Assembly: GCA_040218735.1 (NCBI GenBank)
Contig: JAVJQW010000027.1
Span: forward strand, 7,518-71,517
Reading direction: 5' to 3'
DNA length: 64,000 nucleotides
Origin: Deltaproteobacteria bacterium
GTDB lineage: Bacteria; Myxococcota; Kuafuiibacteriia; Kuafuiibacteriales; Kuafuiibacteriaceae
A program made the translations under genes and the position numbers. Every line of letters begins with the position of its first letter. The first letter of the stretch is position 1. The notes under the pieces are model-generated. The model did no database searches, had not been told where the DNA came from, and saw only the letters and a program-made list of their open reading frames with translations. Shown one piece after another: positions 53,052 to 63,594 of this stretch.

Positions 53052-54350
53052 CTACCAGCAGCGTGCGTACGAGTGATTCGCGAGGTTCGTGTACGCGTTC
53101 ACGCTGTTGTAGCGGTTGCAGCACGTCGCGCCGTTGCTCGGGCACGTGAACTGACCGTTGCCTCCCAGTTTGGGTTCGATCCAATTCGAGAAAGTACCGC
53201 TCAGGCGGTGCCATCGCTGTTTGCGGTACGCGGCGATCCCGGTGTTCTTCGTGCAGAACTGATCGTCGTAGAACGTGCCGTTCGAGAGGACACCCGCGAC
53301 GAGGTCGTGCGCGTCCTGATGCAACACCGCCGGTCCGCCCGAGTCACCCTTGCACACGATCGCCGTCGTCTCGTCGTCGGTGAGGAAGTGGCGCGAGCCG
53401 GTCCAGTCCACCGAGATTCGCGCGCCGTTCGGCGGCTCGTGGAGACGCGGCGAGGTCTGCGAGTAGCGGCTGCGCGAACCGAAGCCGTAGAGGTCCATCG
53501 TGATGCCGAGCGAGAGGTTCCCGAGCCACACGCGGTTGTTGTTGTAGTAGCGCTGCCAGTAGCTGCCGCTGCACAGGTCGATCGCGTCGCGCTCGTTGCT
53601 CGTGATGCACCCGCGGTGCATCGAGAGGATCGCGATGTCGTCGCCGGTGTCGCCGGTGCCCGTCCAGTTCTCGTGCTGGTAGATGAACACGCGGTAGTTG
53701 CCGACCTGCACCGGCTCGCCGATGTCCGAGCCGCTCGGATCCGCGCGCATCACCCGCACGCGCCACCACCCCTCTGCGCCCGGCGGGATGCAGTGGGCCG
53801 AGGTGAGGATGTGGTTCTCGGAGATCGGGATCGCGGTGCAGTTGAACGTCGGTGCGTCGAGCGCGGCGTCTTCGGGATCGCCGAGCGAGACCGGGATGCG
53901 CACGTGCAGCCAGCGCTGGTCGCCGATCGGATCGCCGACCCAGATGCCGCGCGAAGTCTGGTTCGGGTTGCCTTCGATCGGGTAGTCGACGGCCTCTTCG
54001 GGGAGCTCGATGACGGGCTTCGCGGGTTGGAGCACGCGTGCCCGCGCGACGATGCGCGCGTCCTCGCAGGAGGTGACGGCGTCGAAGCCGACCTGCTGGG
54101 CGAGCGCTGCATTCTCCGCGAGCTCGTCGTTGAGGAGCGCGAAGTCGTAGCGTTCGACTTGGACTTCGCGCCCGCCGAGGATCTCGTTGTCGACCTCGAC
54201 GCGATCACACTCGGTGAGGCGTGAGAGTTTCTTGGTGGCGCGACCAGTTTCTTGTTCCGCGAGCTCGGGAGAGGTCGACGGAGCACCGCCGCAGGCGAAG
54301 GCACCGACGATCCAGGGCAGCGCAAGGCAGACGGGTGACACGGATTTCAT
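53052..54350 (-). CDS. Trypsin-like (S1) serine protease lipoprotein with an N-terminal extension
   Basis: The internal ATG, preceded by GGAG, gives 'MKSVSPVCLALPWIVGAFACGG'. Catalytic triad contexts 'LTSAHCI', 'DDIAIL' and 'CKGDSGGPA'. Confidence 0.85.
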   Translation of the reverse strand: MKSVSPVCLALPWIVGAFACGGAPSTSPELAEQETGRATKKLSRLTECDRVEVDNEILGGREVQVERYDFALLNDELAENAALAQQVGFDAVTSCEDARIVARARVLQPAKPVIELPEEAVDYPIEGNPNQTSRGIWVGDPIGDQRWLHVRIPVSLGDPEDAALDAPTFNCTAIPISENHILTSAHCIPPGAEGWWRVRVMRADPSGSDIGEPVQVGNYRVFIYQHENWTGTGDTGDDIAILSMHRGCITSNERDAIDLCSGSYWQRYYNNNRVWLGNLSLGITMDLYGFGSRSRYSQTSPRLHEPPNGARISVDWTGSRHFLTDDETTAIVCKGDSGGPAVLHQDAHDLVAGVLSNGTFYDDQFCTKNTGIAAYRKQRWHRLSGTFSNWIEPKLGGNGQFTCPSNGATCCNRYNSVNAYTNLANHSYARCW

Positions 54351-54510
54351 GAGAGGACTCCTGTTCGGTTGGGGGGCGCCGCGTCGCGTGGCGCTTCGCA
54401 CTCACAGGTGCTTCCTGGCGGGTGTCCTTATCCGGGAAATTCGCGCCGACGTGTCCGCCACCACGCCGCAGCGCTACGCTCGACACCAAGCTGGGGGCGT
54501 GACGCAATAG

Positions 54511-55701
54511 ATGCTGATGGGTCGGTTTTGCTTCGTGGTCGTCTTGGCGCTCGCCTTCGTCAACTCGGCTTGCGGTGCGATCGCCCAGCAGATGTACGGC
54601 TTCACCGAGACCCAGACCCGGACTTCGACGCGAGAACAGAAGGTGCGGGTCCACCGGCCGTTTGCGGCACGGGTCGAGCGTGTGGAGGCGGACGGGTCGC
54701 GAACGCAGGTCGAAGGCCCCAGCGACTTCGTCGACTTCGAGGTCGAAGAGACCGTCGAGGTGCCACGTTCGTTGGTGCCGCTGTACGTCGGCACGGCGCT
54801 CGACGCCGCCGCGACCGTGGGCGTCGGCGCGTTCTTCCTGAGTAAGCGCAACGTCGACGAATCCGCCGCGCAACCGCTCTTGCTCACGATCGGATCGGCG
54901 TTCATCGCCGACTTGGGTTTCTCGATCTACTACGGCACGAAGGAGCGGGAGCCGGAGCTGGTGCGCTACCGCCCGACGCAACCCAAGCCCGTGACCTACG
55001 TCGCCACGTTCGGCGAAGAGGTGACGACCGCTCGAATCGAGGCGACGTTCGATCACGAGGTGGAGCTGGACTTCGCCGCACCGCAGACCTCGACGACCGC
55101 AGTCGCGAAGCTCGTGCCCCCCGCCGAGCCGGGTGGCCCCAAGCTCCCCGCCGAGCCACCCACCGGGCCCGAGAAGAAGGGGGAGTCGTTCGAAGCGCTC
55201 ACGGCGCCGGCGCCGCCTCCGCCCGAGGAGACCTGGTACGGCTGGCAGACGTTGCTCTTGGAGGTGCTGTCGCTCTCGCTGGTGGGTTACGGCGCCAACG
55301 AGAAGGACTACCGGATGCTCGGCATCGGCCTCGGCGCGCACGCGCTGGGACCCGGTCTGGTGCACGCGGGCAACGGTCAGCTCGACGAGGCGGGCGCGAG
55401 CGTCGGTCTGCACCTCGCGCCGGCCGCGGGCGGTGCGGCGGCCGGCGCCGCGATGGTCCTCGTGTTCTCGCCGTTCATCCTGCTGTTCGGGGAGGGCGAC
55501 GAGATCCCGAACCTCATGGCCACGTTCGCGGGGTACGGCGCGGCCGCGATGTTCGTGATCGGTGCGCCGGTCGTCGCGATCCTCGACGCGGCCGCGATCG
55601 CCTGGAAACCGAAGGCCACCGAGACCGAGGTGCGCATCGCGCCGACCGCGAGCTGGACGGACGACGGGCACCCCACGTTCGGGTTCGTCGGCAGCTTCTG
55701 A
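54511..55701 (+). CDS. Hypothetical membrane protein
   Basis: Signal/lipobox-like 'VVVLALAFVNSACG'. Pro-rich linker and C-terminal Gly/Ala-rich TM helices. Confidence 0.6.
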   Translation: MLMGRFCFVVVLALAFVNSACGAIAQQMYGFTETQTRTSTREQKVRVHRPFAARVERVEADGSRTQVEGPSDFVDFEVEETVEVPRSLVPLYVGTALDAAATVGVGAFFLSKRNVDESAAQPLLLTIGSAFIADLGFSIYYGTKEREPELVRYRPTQPKPVTYVATFGEEVTTARIEATFDHEVELDFAAPQTSTTAVAKLVPPAEPGGPKLPAEPPTGPEKKGESFEALTAPAPPPPEETWYGWQTLLLEVLSLSLVGYGANEKDYRMLGIGLGAHALGPGLVHAGNGQLDEAGASVGLHLAPAAGGAAAGAAMVLVFSPFILLFGEGDEIPNLMATFAGYGAAAMFVIGAPVVAILDAAAIAWKPKATETEVRIAPTASWTDDGHPTFGFVGSF

Positions 55702-57117
<1,416 letters not shown>

Positions 57118-57133
57118 CCGGCGAGCATAACAG

Positions 57134-58264
57134 TCAGAACGGCGTCGCGCGCTCCGCCGGCGCGGGCCAGCGCGGCGCGGGGGCGATCTCGGGGTCGTCG
57201 AACAAGAACAGCACGCCGCCGATCACGCCGAGCACGGCGGAGGAGGAGAGGAGCACGACCGACGTAGTGCGGAGGGTGTTTCGCTCGCGGACGTCGCCGT
57301 TGTAGTCGTCGAGGGTCGCGGAGCTGACGTTGCGTTCGCCGCGGAGCGCGTCGACGTCGCTCGCTTCACCCTGCGCGACGAGCGCTGCGACGACCGCGAC
57401 CGCGCCCGCGGCCGCGAGCCCGGCGCTCGTGATCAGCACGGCGTGACTCGCTTCGCGCCGCGCCGTGGGTTCGAAGTCGAAGGCCTGTGTCATCGCGGCG
57501 TCGCGTTCGGCGGTGACCGACTCGGAGCGCAGCCGGTGCCCGTTCAGTCGAGCGTCGATGCGGTGGGGGCCCGGCGGCAACGCGACCTCGAACGGCAGCG
57601 GCGCAAGGCCGACGCGCGCGCCGTCCACGAAGATCTCCGCGCCCGGCTCCGCGTCGACCGTGAGGCGCGCCGGTTTGGGTTCGAGCGTCACGGTCACGGG
57701 GGTCATGCGCTCCGGCGCGGCTTCGATCGACGAACGCCCCGGGAGGTAGCCGGGGGCCTCGGCGGTGACCACGTGAGGCCCCGGCGCGACCGCGGTGACG
57801 ACCGGCGTCGCGACGGCGGGGGCTCCGTCGATCGACACCGTCAGCCCGACCGCCTCCGAGTAGACGAACAGCTCCGTGACCGGGGGCGGGGGAGGGGGCG
57901 CCTCGGTGCGCTCGACGCTCGCGCGTACGATGCGCAGCGCTTGGAGCTGGTCGACCGCGTCGGGGCGACGACGACCGTCGGGCGCGCGTTCCAGGTACGT
58001 CTCGAAGAGCGCGATCGCACGGTCGAGCTTCGCCGCGTCCTTGTCGACGAAGTACTGCCGGCGGTGCGCCTGCGCGAGTGAGAACGCGAGGGCCGGCGAG
58101 TCGACGATGCCGTAGGCCTCCTCGAACGCACGCGCCGCCTCCGCGAAGCGACCCCGTTCGTACGCGATGCTCCCGGCGCGGAAGAAGCGGCGGGCGCGCT
58201 CGGTGTCGTCCGCGAGCGCGCGGCCCGGCAGCGCAACGAGGAGCAGGAGGACGAGCGCCCTCAT
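57134..58264 (-). CDS. Secreted TPR-like + PEGA-like domain protein with a C-terminal TM
   Basis: The internal ATG overlaps the upstream stop (ATGA at 58261-58264). Signal '[18 protein letters not shown]'. '[25 protein letters not shown]' is TPR-like. '[19 protein letters not shown]' is PEGA-like. Confidence 0.65.
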   Translation of the reverse strand: MRALVLLLLVALPGRALADDTERARRFFRAGSIAYERGRFAEAARAFEEAYGIVDSPALAFSLAQAHRRQYFVDKDAAKLDRAIALFETYLERAPDGRRRPDAVDQLQALRIVRASVERTEAPPPPPPVTELFVYSEAVGLTVSIDGAPAVATPVVTAVAPGPHVVTAEAPGYLPGRSSIEAAPERMTPVTVTLEPKPARLTVDAEPGAEIFVDGARVGLAPLPFEVALPPGPHRIDARLNGHRLRSESVTAERDAAMTQAFDFEPTARREASHAVLITSAGLAAAGAVAVVAALVAQGEASDVDALRGERNVSSATLDDYNGDVRERNTLRTTSVVLLSSSAVLGVIGGVLFLFDDPEIAPAPRWPAPAERATPF

Positions 58265-60672
58265 CGCCGCGGCTCCGTCGTGAACACGTAGACCCCGCCG
58301 CCGAGGAAGAGCACGAGGTCCTCGAGCTCGTCGTCGTCGACGCGCCCCGCGCGTAGCTGGGCGTCGCCGTCGTCTTCGACGTCGAGCGGTGCGGTGATCG
58401 GCGCGGGGACGGCGTAGAGCGCGTCGTCGCGGACGTCGTAGTCGACGGTGAAGAGGCCGTCGTCGGTGTAGACCGCGACTTCGGGGCGAGGGTCGTCGTC
58501 GACGTCGACCAGCGTCGCGGCGCGCACCCGAAGCCCGCCGAGCACACGCTCGGCGTCGTAGGCCAGCGCGCCCTCTTCCGCACGCAGGTTCCACAGCACG
58601 TAGACAGCGCCGCGTTCGTCCTCGGTGGCGAAGTAGACCAACGCCTCGTCCTCACCGTCGTCGTCGAGGTCACCGACCTCGAGCCAGGTCGGTCGGCCGG
58701 CCGGCGCTTCGCTGGTCACGACCTCGAACCCTTCGTCGTCGCGGGTCGCGAGCAGGAGCGTCGAGGGCCCGGCGTCGCACGCGGCGGTACCGTCGACGCC
58801 GATCACCGCGCCCCCGCGCGTCGTCGCGAGCAACGCACATTCGGATCGGAACGCGCCGAGGTCCACGGCGGACGTCGTGGCGGGGCCGCCGGTGTCGAGG
58901 TCGTCGCCGGACACGAAGTACACCGCGCCATCGCCGAGGCCGACGAGGTCCGGCGTCTCCGCCTCGGGATCGTCCAGCAGGCCGGCGGTCACCGCGAGGG
59001 GACCTGCGCCGAGAGGGATCGGCGATAGCAACGCGCGGCGTGCGGAGCCGAGCAACACGACGTACGTGTCTTCGTCTTCGGGCGTCACGAGGACGTCCGC
59101 GGTGCGGTCGGGGTTCAGCGTCGACGCGGCGCGCGTGATGGACGCTTCGACCGACACGATGGCGTCGAAGCCGTACGCGCTGCTGAGGTCCTGGAGCGGG
59201 TTCGTCGCGCCACCGAACAACACCGTGACCGCGTCCTCCTCGTCGCGGGTGCGCTCGACGAGGACGACGTCGTCGACGCCGTCGCCGTCGAAGTCGCCGA
59301 CGTCGAGCGCGCGCGGGAGCTGAACGTTGGAGATCGGGACGCTCGTGAAGACACCCGGAGTGGCCTGGCGGAGGAGTCGCAGATCGACGGCGTCGCAGTC
59401 GGCGCTCTCGGAGCGCGTCGTCACGACGATGTCCGCGAGGCCGTCGTCGTCGAAGTCGCCGATCGCCGCCTCGGCCCAGGCGTCGCCCCGTGCACGGACG
59501 TAGACGCGTTCGAAGCCCGTCGCCGTCGCGAAGTACACGCCGTCTTCGGTGACGACGTCGTAGCGCGGACGGGCGCGCAGGTGCCCCGCGGTCAGCCACG
59601 CCGGGCCCTCGCTGCACGCGCGTGACTGCGCGTCGACGCGCTCCGTGAGCGCGGCGTAGCGCGGATCCTCGGCGAACGCGAAGTCCGGGGGTGATGCGCT
59701 CGCGACGGTTTCGCTCGTGGCGGCGATCAGGGCGTCGCCGTCGAAGGTGATGCGCTCGACGCCGTCGACCGCGCGGCGCTCGACGTTCGCGAGCAACACA
59801 CAGCCGGCGCCGTCGAGCCGCGTCTCGCCGAGGACGACCGTGTCTTCGAACGCCATCGCGATCCGCCGTGCGCCGGAGGGGAGGCGGAACGACGCCTGGT
59901 CGAGGAGCGCGCCGGACACGCCGAGCGTCGAGGTGCTCGCGTAAGGATCGAGGCACCCGGGCGTCTCGAAGGCCACGCTCGCCGGTTCGCCGAAGAGCAC
60001 CATGCGGTCGTCCACGCCGTCGTCGTCGTCGAGGCGAAGGCTGCGCACCGCGATGCGTTCTCCGGGGAGCTCGAGCGTGGTGCGCGCCGAGACCGCGGTC
60101 GTGAGGCGTCCGCGCTCTTCCTCGAGCACGTGCACGACCGCGCGCCTCGCTTCGCCCGCAACCTGGGTTGCGCTCGGGAAGACGATCGCCGAGCGGTCGT
60201 CGTCGATCGGTACGCTCGTCATCACGCCCCCCGTCGCGCCGAACGTCGCGGCCGAGAGCACCGCAGAGGAGGCGTCTTCGTCGAGCGAGAGGATGGTGAG
60301 CTCCCCGTCGAGGCGGACCGCGAGCTCACTCGTCGCGTCGCCGAGGAAGTTGGCCACGATGAAGTCGTCGGCGCGCAGCACGTGGACGGGTTCGTCGTCG
60401 AAGTCGAAGGCGCCCGACGGCGGTCGGCAGATCCGATCCTCGAAGCACCCCCAACCCTCGGGGCACTCGGCGCCTCCGCCGCACAGGTACCGGCAGGCGC
60501 CGAAGAAGCCGGGGGCGCCGCAGGTGAGGTTCGCGCCGAGCGCCGGATCCACGACGAGGTCGCAGTCCTCCCGCGGCGCCTCCACGACGTTGTTCCCGCA
60601 CACGTCGGGCTCGACGACGTCCAGGTCGGCGCAGGCGGCGAGTACGCAGAGCAGAGGGACGTGGGCCCGCAT
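58261..60672 (-). CDS. FG-GAP/VCBS-repeat lipoprotein with an N-terminal myxobacterial Cys-rich repeat
   Basis: 'LLCVLAAC' lipobox. 'CGNNVVEAPREDCD' Cys-rich repeat. Repeated 'GDFDDDGLADIVV', 'GDFDGDGVDDVVL', 'GDLDDDGEDEALV' motifs. Confidence 0.7.
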   Translation of the reverse strand: MRAHVPLLCVLAACADLDVVEPDVCGNNVVEAPREDCDLVVDPALGANLTCGAPGFFGACRYLCGGGAECPEGWGCFEDRICRPPSGAFDFDDEPVHVLRADDFIVANFLGDATSELAVRLDGELTILSLDEDASSAVLSAATFGATGGVMTSVPIDDDRSAIVFPSATQVAGEARRAVVHVLEEERGRLTTAVSARTTLELPGERIAVRSLRLDDDDGVDDRMVLFGEPASVAFETPGCLDPYASTSTLGVSGALLDQASFRLPSGARRIAMAFEDTVVLGETRLDGAGCVLLANVERRAVDGVERITFDGDALIAATSETVASASPPDFAFAEDPRYAALTERVDAQSRACSEGPAWLTAGHLRARPRYDVVTEDGVYFATATGFERVYVRARGDAWAEAAIGDFDDDGLADIVVTTRSESADCDAVDLRLLRQATPGVFTSVPISNVQLPRALDVGDFDGDGVDDVVLVERTRDEEDAVTVLFGGATNPLQDLSSAYGFDAIVSVEASITRAASTLNPDRTADVLVTPEDEDTYVVLLGSARRALLSPIPLGAGPLAVTAGLLDDPEAETPDLVGLGDGAVYFVSGDDLDTGGPATTSAVDLGAFRSECALLATTRGGAVIGVDGTAACDAGPSTLLLATRDDEGFEVVTSEAPAGRPTWLEVGDLDDDGEDEALVYFATEDERGAVYVLWNLRAEEGALAYDAERVLGGLRVRAATLVDVDDDPRPEVAVYTDDGLFTVDYDVRDDALYAVPAPITAPLDVEDDGDAQLRAGRVDDDELEDLVLFLGGGVYVFTTEPRR

Positions 60673-60786
60673 CGAGGACGGCGAACTCTAACACCGAAAC
60701 CGGGGCACGCCCGAGGGCGTCGTCCGCCGAAGAAAAGCGAACCCCGCGTGCAAGGTCGTCTGCGGACGCCTCGAACGAACACCGAG

Positions 60787-62412
60787 ATGAACATCACTCG
60801 ACACACCAACCGATTCACCTGCGCCTGGGCTTCGACCCTCGTCTTGCTCGCCTGCGGAGGCGTCGAGGGGGCCGCCGACGCTCCGTTCGATCCCTCGGGC
60901 CTCGAGATCGTGACCGAAGACCAGCCGCTGTATCCGCTGACGACGACGCTCTGGCGCACCACGCGGATCCCGGTGTGCTGGGAGAATCCGACCTCGGCCA
61001 ACGCGCAGGGGCGGACCTGGACCCGGAGCGCCGTCGAACGGACCTGGGAGGCGGTCACGCCGATCGAGTTCGAGGGCTGGGGGACCTGCGCGGCCGGCAC
61101 GAAGGGGATCCGAATCCGGGTCGAAGACACCGGGCCGCACGTCAAGGCGCTGGGGCGGAGCCTCGACGGCTACGTGAACGGGATGGTGCTCAACTTCACC
61201 TTCGCCAACTGGAGTCAGAGCTGCGCTTCGCAGAAGCAGTACTGCATCGACAGCATCGCCGTGCACGAGTTTGGGCACGCGCTCGGCTTTGCACACGAGC
61301 ACAACCGGCCCGACACCCCCAGCTCGTGCACCGACGCGCCCCAGGGGACGAACGGCGACCTCACGCTCGGCGCCTGGGACCTCGACTCTGTCATGAACTA
61401 CTGCAACCCCGCCTACAACGGGGACGGCAACCTCTCGACCGGCGACATCAACGGAGCGCAGTACTTGTACGGTCACCTCGCGTCCGGCGTCATCAACGCG
61501 GGGGCGGGGTTTCAGGAGGCGATCATCTCGCAGCAGGGTGACATCGGCGTCGTCGGCGGCCTGATTCGACCGACCTCCAACAGCCCGAGCTTCTGGACGC
61601 CCGGCAAGCTCGTCGCGATGCTCCCGTACGACAACCGCCCGGCGAAGCGGCACATCTTCCACCTCAACCAGCACAACCAGGACGCGCGCGTCGACGTGAC
61701 GGCGAACGGCGAAGTGCTCTTCCTGAACGGGAGCTCCAGCTACGCGTGGATCAGCCTCGCCGGGATCAAGTTCCCGACGCAGATCGACGGTACGCTGGCG
61801 CACGGTCCTGGCGTCTCGAACTACGGTAGCGGCTACGAGAACGCTTCATACACCCGCGAAGGTTCGACCGTGCTCGTCAGCGGCCTCGTCAAGAAGTCCG
61901 GCGGCTTCGGGCCGGGGGACGTCATCGCGACGCTCCCCGTCGGCCAGCGCCCGGCGAAGCAGCTCATCTTCAACCAGAACCAGCACACCGCCCACGCGCG
62001 GATCGACATCCACCCCAACGGCAACATCGTGTATGTGACCGGCACGAGCCCCTACAGCTGGATCAGCCTCTCGGGGATGTCGTTCTCGGTCGGCGGCGCG
62101 AGCCCGGTGAGCCTCGCGAGCGGAATCTCCAACTACGGTGGCGCCTACGAGTCGGCGATGTCCCGCCGCGAGGGCGATACGGTCGTGGTCAACGGGCTCA
62201 TCCGGTCGACCTCCGGTGCGATGAACGGTCGCGTGCTCGCGACCTTGCCCGTCGGGCACCGCCCTCCGAAGACGCTCATCTTCACGCTCAACACCCACGC
62301 GACGACCGCACGCATCGACGTGCACCCCAACGGCAACATCTACTTCAATACGGGGAGCGCGCCGTACAACTGGGTCAGCCTGTCCGGCCTGACGTTCCGC
62401 GTGCCTCGATGA
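60787..62412 (+). CDS. Astacin-family (M12A-like) zinc metalloprotease lipoprotein with three tandem C-terminal ~95-aa repeats
   Basis: The internal ATG gives 'STLVLLACGG' (lipobox). 'HEFGHALGFAHEHNRPD' is the astacin HExxHxxGFxHExxRxD motif, with an 'SVMNY' Met-turn. Three related modules follow (..GLIRPTS..LVAMLPYDNRPAKRHIFHLNQH..ARVDVTANGEV..YAWISLAGIKF; ..GLVKKSG..VIATLPVGQRPAKQLIFNQNQH..ARIDIHPNGNI..YSWISLSGMSF; ..GLIRSTS..VLATLPVGHRPPKTLIFTLNTH..ARIDVHPNGNI..YNWVSLSGLTF). Confidence 0.8.
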   Translation: MNITRHTNRFTCAWASTLVLLACGGVEGAADAPFDPSGLEIVTEDQPLYPLTTTLWRTTRIPVCWENPTSANAQGRTWTRSAVERTWEAVTPIEFEGWGTCAAGTKGIRIRVEDTGPHVKALGRSLDGYVNGMVLNFTFANWSQSCASQKQYCIDSIAVHEFGHALGFAHEHNRPDTPSSCTDAPQGTNGDLTLGAWDLDSVMNYCNPAYNGDGNLSTGDINGAQYLYGHLASGVINAGAGFQEAIISQQGDIGVVGGLIRPTSNSPSFWTPGKLVAMLPYDNRPAKRHIFHLNQHNQDARVDVTANGEVLFLNGSSSYAWISLAGIKFPTQIDGTLAHGPGVSNYGSGYENASYTREGSTVLVSGLVKKSGGFGPGDVIATLPVGQRPAKQLIFNQNQHTAHARIDIHPNGNIVYVTGTSPYSWISLSGMSFSVGGASPVSLASGISNYGGAYESAMSRREGDTVVVNGLIRSTSGAMNGRVLATLPVGHRPPKTLIFTLNTHATTARIDVHPNGNIYFNTGSAPYNWVSLSGLTFRVPR

Positions 62413-62476
62413 GCCCCGCCTGATTTTTTTCGCGATCGGATGATCACTTTCGGCGGCGTTTGCGGCGTCGGGGGAC

Positions 62477-62956
62477 ATGAAGAAACTCAGCGTGCTCCTC
62501 TCCTCCACCCTCTTCGTCCTCGCGGCCTGCGGCGGGGGCAGCGATACGGACCTCGAGACGGCCTTCTGCATCGGTTTGGGCGGTGCGGCCGACGCCACGA
62601 TTGCCGCCTCCGCGTCGCCCGACGCGGCGCCCACGGCCCCGCTCGGTGACCTCCGCACGGACGTGACGCTCGCCGACCTCGGCGGCGAGAACGGCGGTTC
62701 GATCGTGTACGTTCCGGACGAGGACGGCTTCTTTGCCTTCGGCCTGGGCGCCGACGTCGAGCTGTCCATCGCGGACGCTTCTGGGAACGACGTCCCCATC
62801 GTGAAGACCGTGCGCGGCAGCGCGATGTGTACGGAGCTCGCGGTGCGGTACACCGCCGAGCTTCGCGCCCAGCCCTACACGCTGACGTTCGGACCGACCG
62901 CGACCGCGACGCTCCCGATCGTCGCCGAAGAGAGCGACGACGACGTGACGCCGTGA
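62477..62956 (+). CDS. Hypothetical lipoprotein
   Basis: 'MKKLSVLLSSTLFVLAACGGG' lipobox. Confidence 0.6.
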   Translation: MKKLSVLLSSTLFVLAACGGGSDTDLETAFCIGLGGAADATIAASASPDAAPTAPLGDLRTDVTLADLGGENGGSIVYVPDEDGFFAFGLGADVELSIADASGNDVPIVKTVRGSAMCTELAVRYTAELRAQPYTLTFGPTATATLPIVAEESDDDVTP

Positions 62957-62980
62957 CCCCGGCCTGGTACGCCGTGAGGG

Positions 62981-63541
62981 GTGGCGGGAGACATCACGCG
63001 GCTCCTCATGGCGGTCAGCGCTCAGGAAGACGGTGCCTCGGAACGCCTGCTCGCCGAGGTCTACGATCACCTCCGCCGGATCGCGCAGCGCCGCATGAAC
63101 GCCGAGCGCGCCGGCCACACCCTCGACGCGACCGGCCTGGTCCACGAGGCGTACCTCAAGCTCGTTCAGCAAGACGAAGTCGACTGGAAGAACCGCGCGC
63201 ACTTCTACTCGGTCGCCGCGATGGCGATGCGCCGCGTGCTCCTCAACTACGCCGAGGCGCGGCGCGCGGAGAAGCGCGGGGGCGGTGCGGTCGCCGCGAC
63301 GTTCGACGAGCAGGCGTTCGGCGCGGAGCTGCGCTCGGATCGGATCCTCGCGCTCGACGAAGCGCTCGAACGCCTCGCCGCGATGAGTGAGCGTCAGGCG
63401 AAGGTCGTCGAGTACCGGTTCTACGGTGGGCTCACGCACGAGGAGATCGCCGAGGTGCTCGAGGTCTCCGTCCCCACCGTGCGTCGCGATTGGCGGGTCG
63501 CGCGCGCGTGGCTCACGAACGCGCTGCGCGAGGACGTTTGA
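62981..63541 (+). CDS. ECF-type sigma factor of the group usually associated with Ser/Thr kinases (no anti-sigma adjacent)
   Basis: 'DITRLLMAVSAQEDGASERLLAEVYDHLRRIAQRRM..ERAGHTLDATGLVHEAYLKLV' and 'ERQAKVVEYRFYGGLTHEEIAEVLEVSVPTVRRDWRVARAWL'. GTG start; an alternative ATG lies at 63008. Confidence 0.8.
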   Translation: MAGDITRLLMAVSAQEDGASERLLAEVYDHLRRIAQRRMNAERAGHTLDATGLVHEAYLKLVQQDEVDWKNRAHFYSVAAMAMRRVLLNYAEARRAEKRGGGAVAATFDEQAFGAELRSDRILALDEALERLAAMSERQAKVVEYRFYGGLTHEEIAEVLEVSVPTVRRDWRVARAWLTNALREDV

Positions 63542-63594
63542 CCCACATCCCGGGCGGATGGTCCTTCGGCGTCGGGCGTGCTCGGATCACGTCG

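Noticed and set aside
60130-60786. N-terminal 219-aa extension of the astacin ORF
   Set aside because: It overlaps the 5' end of the divergent FG-GAP lipoprotein gene in antisense. The internal ATG at 60787 yields a proper lipoprotein signal.
62425-62431. A T7 run after the astacin stop codon as an intrinsic terminator
   Set aside because: I could not find a complementary GC stem immediately upstream of the T-run. It is more likely part of the AT-rich promoter/UP region of the next lipoprotein gene.
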